IMG/VR virus record: IMGVR_UViG_3300020042_010878
Span: 1 to 27,007 of that record
Source of the DNA: a virus
Taxonomy: Duplodnaviria; Caudoviricetes
Length of the DNA stretch: 27,007 nt
Strand: one strand, 5' to 3'
Shown here: one piece after another, positions 16,356 through 24,249 of the stretch
How positions within the stretch are numbered: the stretch's first letter is position 1
How the letters are laid out: the number at the start of each line of letters is the position of its first letter
Made by a program: the position numbers and the translations under genes
The notes under the pieces: generated by a model
What the model was told of the DNA's origin: nothing
The model's database searches: none
What the model saw: the letters and a program-made list of their open reading frames with translations, nothing else

Positions 16356-16627
16356 TTCATCAACTTCCTGTTCATTTCGTATTGTTCTTCGGGCGTTCGG
16401 AACGTGCTAGATGGGCCGTATCTGAGATGCCCAACCAACATATTAAGGAATATTCTTGCTTCAGATATGAGTGCTTTGTTCTTCTTTTCAGGGACATTTA
16501 ACACTAGGCTCTCAATCATATCCACGCAACGAGATATTATCTGTTCGTCTCCTTTTAATTTCTCCGAGTATTTGTTTTTAAGTAAAAAATTTATCGCCCA
16601 TATGGTGTCTTCGTCTAGCTCTATCAT
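16349..16627 (-). CDS. Hypothetical protein
   Basis: AAAGGA RBS and ATGA coupling; starts MIELDEDTIW. Confidence 0.6.
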   Translation of the reverse strand: MIELDEDTIWAINFLLKNKYSEKLKGDEQIISRCVDMIESLVLNVPEKKNKALISEARIFLNMLVGHLRYGPSSTFRTPEEQYEMNRKLMKW

Positions 16628-16857
16628 TTTGGTTCCTTTCCTATTTCTACAAACACAGGCGTTCCCGCACCAACCCACGCGCCACAGACATTGTATTCCA
16701 TGTACTCACAGGCGTCGTGGTAATCCATGCGATCGCGCTTCATCAAAATATGAATGCATCTGTCGTAATCATATACAGCTACATCTTGATTGAACTGCCG
16801 GCCCATACCGATCAGGGCTTCTTCAAACCCGTCAGCCAATAATGCTTCATCACTCAT
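16624..16857 (-). CDS. Conserved phage hypothetical protein
   Basis: ADGFEEALIG...AVYDYDRC...A.EYMEYNV.GAWVG..TPVF, a widespread aquatic phage family; ATGA-coupled. Confidence 0.8.
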   Translation of the reverse strand: MSDEALLADGFEEALIGMGRQFNQDVAVYDYDRCIHILMKRDRMDYHDACEYMEYNVCGAWVGAGTPVFVEIGKEPK

Positions 16858-17057
16858 TCTGTTACCTTTTTTGGAAAGATGCCATAATTTTTCCGCAACA
16901 CCATAAGCTCCTCGATGTATCGTTCGCACTCTTTAATTAATCGCTCTCTTTCCTCGGTGAGATTTTTTATCGTCTCCAACAAAAATGAATTTCTGGTTTT
17001 TGCATTGATCACTTCATTCCTCAAAAAATTTATTTCCATTTCCTGTTCATTCATCAC
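16854..17057 (-). CDS. Coiled-coil hypothetical protein
   Basis: GGAG RBS within the junction repeat; heptad pattern. Confidence 0.6.
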   Translation of the reverse strand: MMNEQEMEINFLRNEVINAKTRNSFLLETIKNLTEERERLIKECERYIEELMVLRKNYGIFPKKVTE

Positions 17058-17410
17058 TCTTTCTCCTCTAATTGATTGATAGCATACGCATTAATAAACC
17101 GTGCGTGGCTCTCCCATGATTGACCGTCGAGCGGTGTCAACATTGAGATAAAAGACATTGATTCAGACAGTCTAAAAACTTCAGCTTGCAACTTGTCGCA
17201 TTCAGTTCTGGCATAATCAAACCACATCTGAAGGTCTGAATTAGCTAACTTCAGTTGTTTGATTTCTTTCAGCGCATCGCTGAATGCGTGCGATGTATTC
17301 TTGGTTTGCTTTTCCAATTCAAAAAGCAAATCGTCAATAGTGTCACCGTGGCCTGTCGCCAGTCCGCAACGGATCATCATTAGAGATAATTTTTCGGTGT
17401 CATCCATCAC
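17054..17410 (-). CDS. Hypothetical protein
   Basis: GAGG RBS with GTGATG coupling; GLATGHGDTIDDLL then coiled coil; ends EEKE. Confidence 0.65.
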   Translation of the reverse strand: MMDDTEKLSLMMIRCGLATGHGDTIDDLLFELEKQTKNTSHAFSDALKEIKQLKLANSDLQMWFDYARTECDKLQAEVFRLSESMSFISMLTPLDGQSWESHARFINAYAINQLEEKE

Positions 17411-17784
17411 TTCACCTCAAGGTCTGGAATGATTGTTGATGGCTTGAAGACAACGCGATAGCGATATGTGCTGACACTCGCTGATTCCATTTGCTCAGAG
17501 AAAAACGTCACATTGTCACTGAGGCCAAGGAAGTGTTTCTTGTAAGAAGATGGCCCCGTTTTGCATGTGACAGAAACTTCACGCGCCTTGTCGTTATTCC
17601 CAAGAGAGCAAAGCCCTTCAATCGTCAGTACATACTCACCAGTGATCCCATTGTAAAAAACAATGCGCCGCTGGATTTCAAACATGTCTGCCGCCTTTGA
17701 CACGTTATAAGAAGCAACATCTGCTTCGCTTGTGCAACCCGCGACCCCAAGCATCAATGCTGATGCCATCAATGTTTTTTTCAT
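17407..17784 (-). CDS. Beta-rich phage lipoprotein
   Basis: GGAGG RBS; lipobox VAG-C; ADVASYNVSKAADMFE..RRIVFYNGITG...CKTG...YKKHFLGLSDNV matches a widespread phage lipoprotein family. Confidence 0.8.
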   Translation of the reverse strand: MKKTLMASALMLGVAGCTSEADVASYNVSKAADMFEIQRRIVFYNGITGEYVLTIEGLCSLGNNDKAREVSVTCKTGPSSYKKHFLGLSDNVTFFSEQMESASVSTYRYRVVFKPSTIIPDLEVK

Positions 17785-17900
17785 TTTTTGTCCCTCCAAA
17801 ACTCGATAGCCAGTTTAACAACCACCAAGACACCCGCCCATAAAAATACAATGAGTGGTATTACAAATGCCAAAATTAGAATTGTCCCCAAATCCATCAT
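17781..17900 (-). CDS. 39-aa single-TM protein; absent from ORF track
   Basis: MMDLGTILILAFVIPLIVFLWAGVLVVVKLAIEFWRDKK*, coupled at both ends, AAGGAG RBS. Confidence 0.65.
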   Translation of the reverse strand: MMDLGTILILAFVIPLIVFLWAGVLVVVKLAIEFWRDKK

Positions 17901-18100
17901 CACTCTTTCTCCTTCAGTGCATTTTCAGCAATGTCGTATGCTTCCATGTCTGACCCAGTGACATGACAGATTTTTTTCAACGCTTCCCGCAGCCGCTCAA
18001 TCTCGTCGGCGGCTTCTTCCATGTCGGAGGGGTCTAAGTCTGCCCAATTAAACAATGGTGAATTTTTCCACTCACGCAACCGTTCAACGATATCCATCAC
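17900..18100 (-). CDS. Hypothetical protein (paralog of 18097-18291)
   Basis: DIVERLR...EAADEIERLR...ALKEKE. Confidence 0.75.
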   Translation of the reverse strand: MMDIVERLREWKNSPLFNWADLDPSDMEEAADEIERLREALKKICHVTGSDMEAYDIAENALKEKE

Positions 18101-18291
18101 TCTTTCTCCTTCAGTGCTTTACGGACCGTTCTTGTAATCTCTTTGCGAACCTTTTGGTCAGGGCTGTTCACATCTTCACAGGCTTCCAATACTGTTAAAA
18201 GAACTCCCCGCAACCGCTCTATCTCATCAGCCGCTTCAGACCACGGACCCATAAAATTCAAAACACGCAACCTACTGACAATGTCTTCCAT
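18097..18291 (-). CDS. Hypothetical protein (paralog of 17900-18100)
   Basis: GGAG RBS and TAATG coupling; DIVSRLR...EAADEIERLR...ALKEKE. Confidence 0.75.
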   Translation of the reverse strand: MEDIVSRLRVLNFMGPWSEAADEIERLRGVLLTVLEACEDVNSPDQKVRKEITRTVRKALKEKE

Positions 18292-18587
18292 TACGCATTC
18301 TCCCACGCCTCTGGCATTACCAATTCAAATCTGCTTCCGGATCTGCCTTTACCCACGATGTGGCTTTCCTTCGATAAGTATGTGGACAGGATCTTGACCG
18401 CGCCGTTCCGGCGTAATTTTGTTATTTGAGATTTCACGGTGTGCTCGTTCATACAAAGCATCTCACCCATCTCTTGATATGTGCCTTCAAACCAACTACC
18501 CCCGTATCGGTAGTAAAGACCAAGCCACATAATTTTTTCAGGAGAAGATAGCTTGCTCGATTTAATTACAGCCATTTCATGACTCAT
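18291..18587 (-). CDS. Winged helix-turn-helix protein
   Basis: LSSPEKIMWL...TYQEMGEMLCMNEHTVKSQITKLRRNGAVKI HTH plus wing pattern. Confidence 0.65.
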   Translation of the reverse strand: MSHEMAVIKSSKLSSPEKIMWLGLYYRYGGSWFEGTYQEMGEMLCMNEHTVKSQITKLRRNGAVKILSTYLSKESHIVGKGRSGSRFELVMPEAWENA

Positions 18588-18741
18588 TTTGAATTTCCTT
18601 AATTTGATTTATTTCATAGATCATTTTCTTGATCATATCATCTAATTTCCTGACGCGAATGTCAAATTTTATCGTTTTGGCAAAATCTTTTGCAACAATT
18701 AATTTGGCAACGTTCACGTAACTTGGCCGCAGTCTTCTCAT
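18577..18741 (-). CDS. 54-aa basic hypothetical protein; absent from ORF track
   Basis: GGAGG RBS; MRRLRPSYVNVAKLIVAKDFAKTIKFDIRVRKLDDMIKKMIYEINQIKEIQNES*. Confidence 0.55.
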   Translation of the reverse strand: MRRLRPSYVNVAKLIVAKDFAKTIKFDIRVRKLDDMIKKMIYEINQIKEIQNES

Positions 18742-18764
18742 TTTTTCCTCCAGAAGGTGCTTAG

Positions 18765-18800
18765 AAAAATAAAAGCGGCGGTGGCAAATACCACCGACGC
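18765..18800 (-). terminator. Probable intrinsic terminator
   Basis: Minus strand GCGTCGGTGG-tatttg-CCACCGCCGC (one mismatch) followed by TTTTATTTTT, intergenic. Confidence 0.65.
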
Positions 18801-18828
18801 CGTTGTCAATAAAAATATTGTGCTACCT

Positions 18829-19023
18829 TCAGCTACCACTTTTCCCAACCTTTAACCTGTTGAGTTCTTCATTCAATCTGTCATGCGCCTTCTTCCAGAA
18901 CAGGTTCTCATCCTGCCAATGTTGCCACAAGTGCTTGACTTCTTGGATGAGTGTGACAGCGGCCCAAATGCCCATGCCAATCCATGCCACGGTTATAAAG
19001 TCTATTGTATTAATCGTAATCAT
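18829..19023 (-). CDS. Small single-TM protein
   Basis: Hydrophobic FITVAWIGMGIWAAVTLI then a coiled segment; ATGA-coupled. Confidence 0.6.
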   Translation of the reverse strand: MITINTIDFITVAWIGMGIWAAVTLIQEVKHLWQHWQDENLFWKKAHDRLNEELNRLKVGKSGS

Positions 19024-19463
19024 CCTACTTCTCCTTCTGTTTGAACATTGTCGGTCTCATTTTTATTCGATGAAAAGAAACCCTTCTTCTTTTCAACCTT
19101 CGGCATTGTCACGATGGACGGGAACCGCTCTTCGCCTTCCGTATCCAACGGGCCAATCTGTATCTTCTCCACCACGGTGGCTATGTCCCGCGTAATGGTG
19201 TCCGTGCCACTGTCGCAATGCAGTGAAGCAAGTGTAGCGTATCCCGCTATGTCGTCCCAGTGATCACGAAAATTTGGATCACCAGAAGCAATGCGACCAA
19301 ACTTCGATGCCATGCTATCCAAGGCTTCGCGCTGTGCGTCGTTCATATGCTCCCAACCAAATTCTACCCGCATCATCTTGCGAAACTGTTGAGCAATCCT
19401 CGCTACCTCATTAAAATCGCCATGCGTATCTTGACGTTGGCTAAGTAGTTCTGTCGTTGTCAT
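19020..19463 (-). CDS. DUF6378-like domain protein
   Basis: R...HGDF...QREALDSMASKFGRIASGDPNFRDHWDDIAGYATL. Confidence 0.75.
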   Translation of the reverse strand: MTTTELLSQRQDTHGDFNEVARIAQQFRKMMRVEFGWEHMNDAQREALDSMASKFGRIASGDPNFRDHWDDIAGYATLASLHCDSGTDTITRDIATVVEKIQIGPLDTEGEERFPSIVTMPKVEKKKGFFSSNKNETDNVQTEGEVG

Positions 19464-19681
19464 ATCAAAGCATCCTCTTGTTCAATTTCTTTTTCTACTT
19501 CGTCGAGTACCTCTACCCAGTCAGAAACCACGTAAAGTCTTTTGTGTACGACGCCACCACCAAACCCTTTCAGGTGCTTTTCTAACGTGGTGATTTCGTT
19601 TGTGTTGTGGACAAAATGCGATCGACGCACGATGTTGCCCTTAACCTTGTATTCAATCTGTATCGCCCAAACGGTTGTCAT
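19460..19681 (-). CDS. Hypothetical protein
   Basis: 73 aa, ATGA-coupled at both ends. Confidence 0.6.
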   Translation of the reverse strand: MTTVWAIQIEYKVKGNIVRRSHFVHNTNEITTLEKHLKGFGGGVVHKRLYVVSDWVEVLDEVEKEIEQEDALI

Positions 19682-19929
19682 TGTGTTTTCCCCTTATTTC
19701 GTTCGTAATGTCGGCACGCAATAATACCCTCTTTAGTTACCCTAATAATTTCATCTGGATCTATTTTACTGGCCAACATGAGCGTGACATAAAAGCTAAG
19801 AGCCGTCGATTGAAGAACAATTACTTTTTCCAAATCATTCGAAACTTGCTTTTTCAAAAAATTAGAAGCGGTTTTTTTCCAAACATCTTCAAGGCCTGCG
19901 CATTTTAACGCCATTGATGTAAAATCCAT
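19678..19929 (-). CDS. Hypothetical protein
   Basis: 83 aa, GGAGG RBS, TAATG coupling. Confidence 0.6.
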   Translation of the reverse strand: MDFTSMALKCAGLEDVWKKTASNFLKKQVSNDLEKVIVLQSTALSFYVTLMLASKIDPDEIIRVTKEGIIACRHYERNKGKTQ

Positions 19930-20120
19930 TACGCTACCTCCTCTTCTTTAAATGGCGACCAACAAATGCCGCTCTCGATTAACAATGACGCTGTGCGCCC
20001 ATACCACCCCTGTAGAGACCATGCGGCCCCTGTATCAATCAGACACTGCCATGCGTCTGCTAACAAATCGTTATCGTCGCAACCCTCTTCGATCAGTTGC
20101 ACTGCTTCAGAAATAGTCAT
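19929..20120 (-). CDS. Conserved phage hypothetical protein (DUF7417-like)
   Basis: AWQCLIDTGAAWSLQGWYGRTASLLIESG motif; AAAGGAG RBS. Confidence 0.75.
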   Translation of the reverse strand: MTISEAVQLIEEGCDDNDLLADAWQCLIDTGAAWSLQGWYGRTASLLIESGICWSPFKEEEVA

Positions 20121-20159
20121 TTTAAATCTCCTTTGAGTGAGTGGGGGCCGAAGCCCCCG

Positions 20160-20453
20160 TTATTCCAAAACTTGTTTCTGATGAACTTCGCCATCCAAAC
20201 CGATAAACCTTAACCCCATCGCAAATTCTTCTCTATTCCTTGCTTCATCAATCGCTTCCTCAATCGTTTGAGTGGCCCAAATATTGAAAATTAATTCAGA
20301 GACAGTGTAATTCAATCCCGTGCTTTTTTTCAGCCCCAACGCATAATCTTGCGCTTCCAGAAATGATGAGGAGCAAAAAACAGCATTGTATACTGTGTGG
20401 TGCTCGACAATCGCTTTGAACGTGTCTTCGACCATTGGCGTGACATAAAACAT
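20160..20453 (-). CDS. Hypothetical early protein
   Basis: Start MFYVTPMV is correctly spaced from AAAGGAG. Confidence 0.65.
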   Translation of the reverse strand: MFYVTPMVEDTFKAIVEHHTVYNAVFCSSSFLEAQDYALGLKKSTGLNYTVSELIFNIWATQTIEEAIDEARNREEFAMGLRFIGLDGEVHQKQVLE

Positions 20454-20469
20454 CTTCATCTCCTTTGAG

Positions 20470-20526
20470 TTAGTGGGGGGACATTGTGCTTGCAATCAAT
20501 GCAGCTGCAATTGCTAACTTACGCAT
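20470..20526 (-). pseudogene. Truncated signal-peptide gene remnant (18 codons)
   Basis: GGAG RBS; MRKLAIAAALIASTMSPH* runs into the truncated hairpin repeat. Confidence 0.5.
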
Positions 20527-20692
20527 TGTAGTTCTCCATTTTTACTGCTTTCCAGTGATTTTTCTTAATGTCCATTGTGATTGTATACGCGCTTTTAATG
20601 CGTTTGGCTTGGCTTTCACCAAAAGTGCGTGTCCATCCTTCGTGTGTGTAAATCTTGTGCCGCAGTTGACACATTGTTTTTGCAGTGAACAT
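20519..20692 (-). CDS. Hypothetical basic early protein, 57 aa
   Basis: MFTAKTMCQLRH..., downstream of the hairpin/RBS element. Confidence 0.65.
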   Translation of the reverse strand: MFTAKTMCQLRHKIYTHEGWTRTFGESQAKRIKSAYTITMDIKKNHWKAVKMENYNA

Positions 20693-20735
20693 GTCTTCAT
20701 CTCCTTTGAATGGGTGGGGGCCGAAGCCCCCGTTG

Positions 20736-21029
20736 TTACGCGGCAAGTGCTACACGAGGCTTCACGTCGAGGACTGGGTAGATCTTGCCGTCCTTCTTGC
20801 AAGCGTTGAGAACCTTCAACTGCTCGACGGTGACACCGTGCTCGGCGAGAGCGACCTCGTCCACAACCTTGGTGGCGCGAAGGTGAACCTTCACATTGTA
20901 AATATCGCCCTCAATCAACTCTGCACCGGAGGCAACGATCTCAGACTTGATAGCTTCGATCTGAGCGTCAAGCTCGTCGCGTTGAGCCTTGAGGGTCGCG
21001 TACTGGTCTGCAAGGGAATAATTGGTCAT
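20736..21029 (-). CDS. First early gene; coiled-coil protein ending in VALAA
   Basis: AGGAG RBS; LADQYATLKAQRDELDAQIEAIKSEI heptads; C/G-ending codons. Confidence 0.75.
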   Translation of the reverse strand: MTNYSLADQYATLKAQRDELDAQIEAIKSEIVASGAELIEGDIYNVKVHLRATKVVDEVALAEHGVTVEQLKVLNACKKDGKIYPVLDVKPRVALAA

Positions 21030-21075
21030 CTTAAAATCTCCTATTTAGGCGGAGCACCTCGCCCCGACAAAGATA

Positions 21076-21104
21076 TGTATAAAGAGGTCTTATTCCTTAT
21101 GCAA
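21076..21104 (-). promoter_or_regulatory. Sigma70-type early promoter
   Basis: TTGCAT-17 nt-TATACA on the minus strand with an A-rich upstream tract, about 46 nt before the start at 21029. Confidence 0.6.
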
Positions 21105-21259
21105 GCACTTTTTTATCTTTTTTTATAATAATAATAAGTCTTTGGAATATAAAGGTTTTCTGGCGTTTTTTTGAAACATTTTTTTAATTTTGCCAAAAAA
21201 AGATAATTTTTTTTGCAAAGAAAAAACAAAAATTTGATCCACGCCGTTCGTGCTGATGG

Positions 21260-21592
21260 TTATTTTGAGCATCTTGATTCCTCTAATAATTTAATAGCTT
21301 CTTCACACCCTCTGGCAACGATCACGATGTATCCAATCTGATCGAGATACTCGTGCCAACTTTTTTGTTCCGGTGCGACCACGCCGCCGCTCACTCTCTT
21401 CATCTCGATCCACGTCCACCATTCAGGTATAAAAAGGTCTGGAACGCCGCGGGAGACGCCTTCGACCTTCATTCTGGCGGCTGATGACAGACTCCGGCTT
21501 CCACCATTGGGGATAGCGAAGATCCGCACATCCCCTTTGTTTTTTCTAAACCAACTCACAAACTCGCGCTGTTCCTCATGCTCGGTTTTCAT
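21260..21592 (-). CDS. VRR-NUC domain nuclease
   Basis: EHEEQ...FAIPNGG.R...EGVSRGVPDL...IEMKR...GG.V.PEQ..W. Confidence 0.9.
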   Translation of the reverse strand: MKTEHEEQREFVSWFRKNKGDVRIFAIPNGGSRSLSSAARMKVEGVSRGVPDLFIPEWWTWIEMKRVSGGVVAPEQKSWHEYLDQIGYIVIVARGCEEAIKLLEESRCSK

Positions 21593-23198
21593 GCGGCCAT
21601 TTCCGTTTGATCACCCGATAGAACTTCCCGTCCTTTCGATATTCAAGTTCTCGCGGTGGCTTACCGCCATCAAGCACCACCGCCACTTGCTCTAGATATT
21701 CTTGATGGATAAATTTATCCGTTGGGACACCTGCAGATCGAGCAATTGTTAGGATCTCTTGCGTTGCCTTCTGACCCGCGTATCCATCATGGCGGACAGG
21801 GAAATACTCGGTGACCGGAGGATCAGAATAACCACCGTAATAGGTCACAGACAGCATCTCCTTGCCGCTTGTCCGACTGATATGCCTACGCCAAGTCCAA
21901 CTAGTAACATCCAGTTCTTGGCCTTGGATTCCCATGATATCGAGATTGTGCAATTGCAATTTTTTAGGTTCACCTTGCTGAGATGACATTTTAAATGATG
22001 CACCGCAACACGAACAATTTTGAGCGGCCAAATGGTTCAATTCATGACACTCCTCGCATGCCTTCATTGGCGTTTCTGTTGCTCGCGGAAACTTTGAATT
22101 TGGTGGTGGAACGACCGCCGTGATCGGGCCGTGCTTCTGCACAACACCTGCAAAGTCCAACACCAAGCAATGATCAGTGTGAGATTTTAACCGCATGCCT
22201 CGGCCTGCCATCTGTAGATATAAACCAGGCGACATCGTCGGGCGCAACATCGCAATCAAATCAATATCCGGATAATCAAAACCAGTTGTCAAAACGTTTG
22301 CATTTGTAAGAGCTCTAATGTTTCCGGCCTTATACTCTTCCAAAATCCTCTGTCGTTCTTTTTTAGGTGTGCTCCCGACAATACAGGCCGACGAGATCCC
22401 GTGCTCTTGTAAAATTTTTGCAATGTTTTCTGCATGGCTGATGCCAGTACAGAAAAACAACCATGCTTTTCGATCTCCGGCACGAGCAATCGTTTCTTTG
22501 ACAATGGCTAAATTGTTTTCTTCCGTATCGACTGCCGCCTGAAGTTCCGCCTCGATATATTCCCCGCCACGTTTCTTAACCCCGCTTGCATCAAGATTTT
22601 TAACAGTATGCTTGCTTCGCAGGGGTGATAGCCACTTTTTGAACACCAACTCTGAAATTGTCACGGGCTCAAGCAAAGCATTGAACAGGGCAGGCTTATC
22701 GGTGATTAAACCATGCCCCATTCGGTACGGGGTTGCCGTCAGACCAATCACACGTAGGCTTGGGTTAATCTCCTGAAGGGCTTGGATAAACATCCGGTAT
22801 GTTCCGGTTTGCGCGTGGTTCACGAGATGGCATTCGTCAATCACGACTAAATCAATATGGCCAACTTTTTCAGGGATATTATATATCGATTGGATCCCCG
22901 CAAACGTAATGTTTTGGCCTAGCTGTTTTACGCCTATACCCGCGGAGTAAATACCCAATGGTGCGTCTGGCCAATACAAAAGCATCTTCTCCGCGTTCTG
23001 CTCGATCAGTTCTTTAACGTGCGTCAACATCAGCACGCGAGTCTCTGGCCAATTCTGGATCGCGTCCTTGCACAAAGCCGCCACAACATGGCTTTTGCCA
23101 CTTGCCGTGGGCATAACCAAACAAGGGTTGCCCTCATGGAGCTCAAACCACCGATATAAATCAGTGATAGATTTCTGTTGATAATCACGTAACTCCAT
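21576..23198 (-). CDS. Superfamily 2 DExH helicase (RadD/YejH-like) with Zn finger
   Basis: LRDYQ, PTASGKS, DECH, TATP, LTTGFD, QMAGRGMR; CEEC...CSCC. Confidence 0.92.
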   Translation of the reverse strand: MELRDYQQKSITDLYRWFELHEGNPCLVMPTASGKSHVVAALCKDAIQNWPETRVLMLTHVKELIEQNAEKMLLYWPDAPLGIYSAGIGVKQLGQNITFAGIQSIYNIPEKVGHIDLVVIDECHLVNHAQTGTYRMFIQALQEINPSLRVIGLTATPYRMGHGLITDKPALFNALLEPVTISELVFKKWLSPLRSKHTVKNLDASGVKKRGGEYIEAELQAAVDTEENNLAIVKETIARAGDRKAWLFFCTGISHAENIAKILQEHGISSACIVGSTPKKERQRILEEYKAGNIRALTNANVLTTGFDYPDIDLIAMLRPTMSPGLYLQMAGRGMRLKSHTDHCLVLDFAGVVQKHGPITAVVPPPNSKFPRATETPMKACEECHELNHLAAQNCSCCGASFKMSSQQGEPKKLQLHNLDIMGIQGQELDVTSWTWRRHISRTSGKEMLSVTYYGGYSDPPVTEYFPVRHDGYAGQKATQEILTIARSAGVPTDKFIHQEYLEQVAVVLDGGKPPRELEYRKDGKFYRVIKRKWPHENRA

Positions 23199-23214
23199 AA
23201 TCTTGCTCCTTAAT

Positions 23215-24249
23215 TTATCCTACAATTTCTGCGCCTGGGAATGTTTCTCGCACCGCCTTGATGATCGGATTGTCACTCGCGCATCCTGAAGGATTCGCAA
23301 GGATCTCCTTACTGCTAAATACACGCACGTCCGGCGAACCGTTTTGAACGTCTTTTCCGTCAATCACGTAAACCGCGGACCACTCATTTTCTCCGGCCTT
23401 GCGTTGCCACGGCACCAGATCAGGGTGAAGAACGTGCTCAACGCATCCCTCGTGCTGAAACTCGATTGGGATCTCCGCCGAGTCGTTAAGCTCGCACCGC
23501 CAAGTGCTGTCGTCCTTCGCCGTGCTATGAGCGCACGTCCGGCAATTCACATGCTTGGTGAGTTTGGTCTCATGGCAGAATTCGTGAGCGGGGCAAAAAC
23601 GGCACTGGAACCACGTTGGGTCCGTTGTCAGTGGTGGCGGCATACGATCCTCAAGCGCGATCCTCTTCGCCCGATTGATCGCCTTCTCCGCGAACTCTTT
23701 GTCGTACTTAACACGCTCGGTGTGGATGCGGTCGTCATCTTTGCAAACAGCCACATAGAGAGCGCGATCGATCCCCGTACCATGCATGTATCCTTGCATC
23801 TGAGTGTAGTGCAGAGGCTTTGACTTCTGCACGCCGTGCGCCACCAGATCATTAAACGACTTCAAACTATGCGTTTTGAACTCGGCAATATGCTTCTTGT
23901 TCGGTGCCTCCGGCACGCCGCTCGTAATGATGCCGTCAATGCTACCTGATACATGAGATCCAAAGTCTACCTTCTCTTGATAACCGTTCGTGCCCATAAC
24001 AGCGAGCCCCGCATCGCGAAGATCCTGAATGATACTAATTTCTTCCTGATGACCGCGGCGGAACAACCGTAACAGGCGACCGGAAAACTTTTCTTGCACC
24101 GCCCACCGGAACGAGAGCCAAAGCCTTCGATCGCACGGGTCGCCTATCATCGAGACGCCCATGTGAGGCCGCGGCTTGCCTTGGCGGCTTTCATGCGCCG
24201 CATCAATCGCCTCTACGAGTCTGTTGGTAAATTCTGGGATCTCAACCAT
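23215..24249 (-). CDS. Cas4-like PD-(D/E)XK exonuclease
   Basis: S.IGDPCDRRLW, GSIDG, AEFKT, HYTQMQGYM, CRFCPAHEFC (Fe-S staple pattern), plus an extra CRTCAH metal motif. Confidence 0.85.
   Translation of the reverse strand: MVEIPEFTNRLVEAIDAAHESRQGKPRPHMGVSMIGDPCDRRLWLSFRWAVQEKFSGRLLRLFRRGHQEEISIIQDLRDAGLAVMGTNGYQEKVDFGSHVSGSIDGIITSGVPEAPNKKHIAEFKTHSLKSFNDLVAHGVQKSKPLHYTQMQGYMHGTGIDRALYVAVCKDDDRIHTERVKYDKEFAEKAINRAKRIALEDRMPPPLTTDPTWFQCRFCPAHEFCHETKLTKHVNCRTCAHSTAKDDSTWRCELNDSAEIPIEFQHEGCVEHVLHPDLVPWQRKAGENEWSAVYVIDGKDVQNGSPDVRVFSSKEILANPSGCASDNPIIKAVRETFPGAEIVG

Larger units (their letters stand above)
17051..18117 (-). repeat. Dispersed gene-junction repeat (RBS + stop/start), 3 copies
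   Basis: CATCACTCTTTCTCCTTCAGTGC is identical at 17898-17920 and 18095-18117; the 16-nt core is also at 17052-17067. Confidence 0.85.
20126..20732 (-). repeat. Repeated intergenic element: C(UUCG)G hairpin plus strong RBS, 3 copies (one truncated)
   Basis: Minus strand GGGGGC-TTCG-GCCCCC-AC..A.TCAAAGGAGAT at 20126-20159 and 20699-20732; the copy at 20458-20480 retains only the C arm and RBS. Confidence 0.85.

Noticed and set aside
17407-17784. Recombination directionality factor label that I recall being attached to this family
   Set aside because: It has a clear signal peptide and lipobox, which does not fit a cytoplasmic RDF, and there is no integrase in the window
18780-18810. TTGACA on the minus strand (18804-18809) as a promoter, or the nearby hairpin as a tRNA fragment
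   Set aside because: No acceptable -10 at 16-18 nt spacing and no cloverleaf; better explained as a terminator
20126-20732. Hairpin repeats as a mini CRISPR array or as terminators
   Set aside because: The intervals are whole genes of unequal length, the repeats include an RBS, and there is no U-tract
23215-24249. Cas4-like gene as a sign of a CRISPR-Cas system
   Set aside because: No repeat-spacer array or other cas genes; it sits in a standard phage recombination module with an ATPase, SSB and helicase
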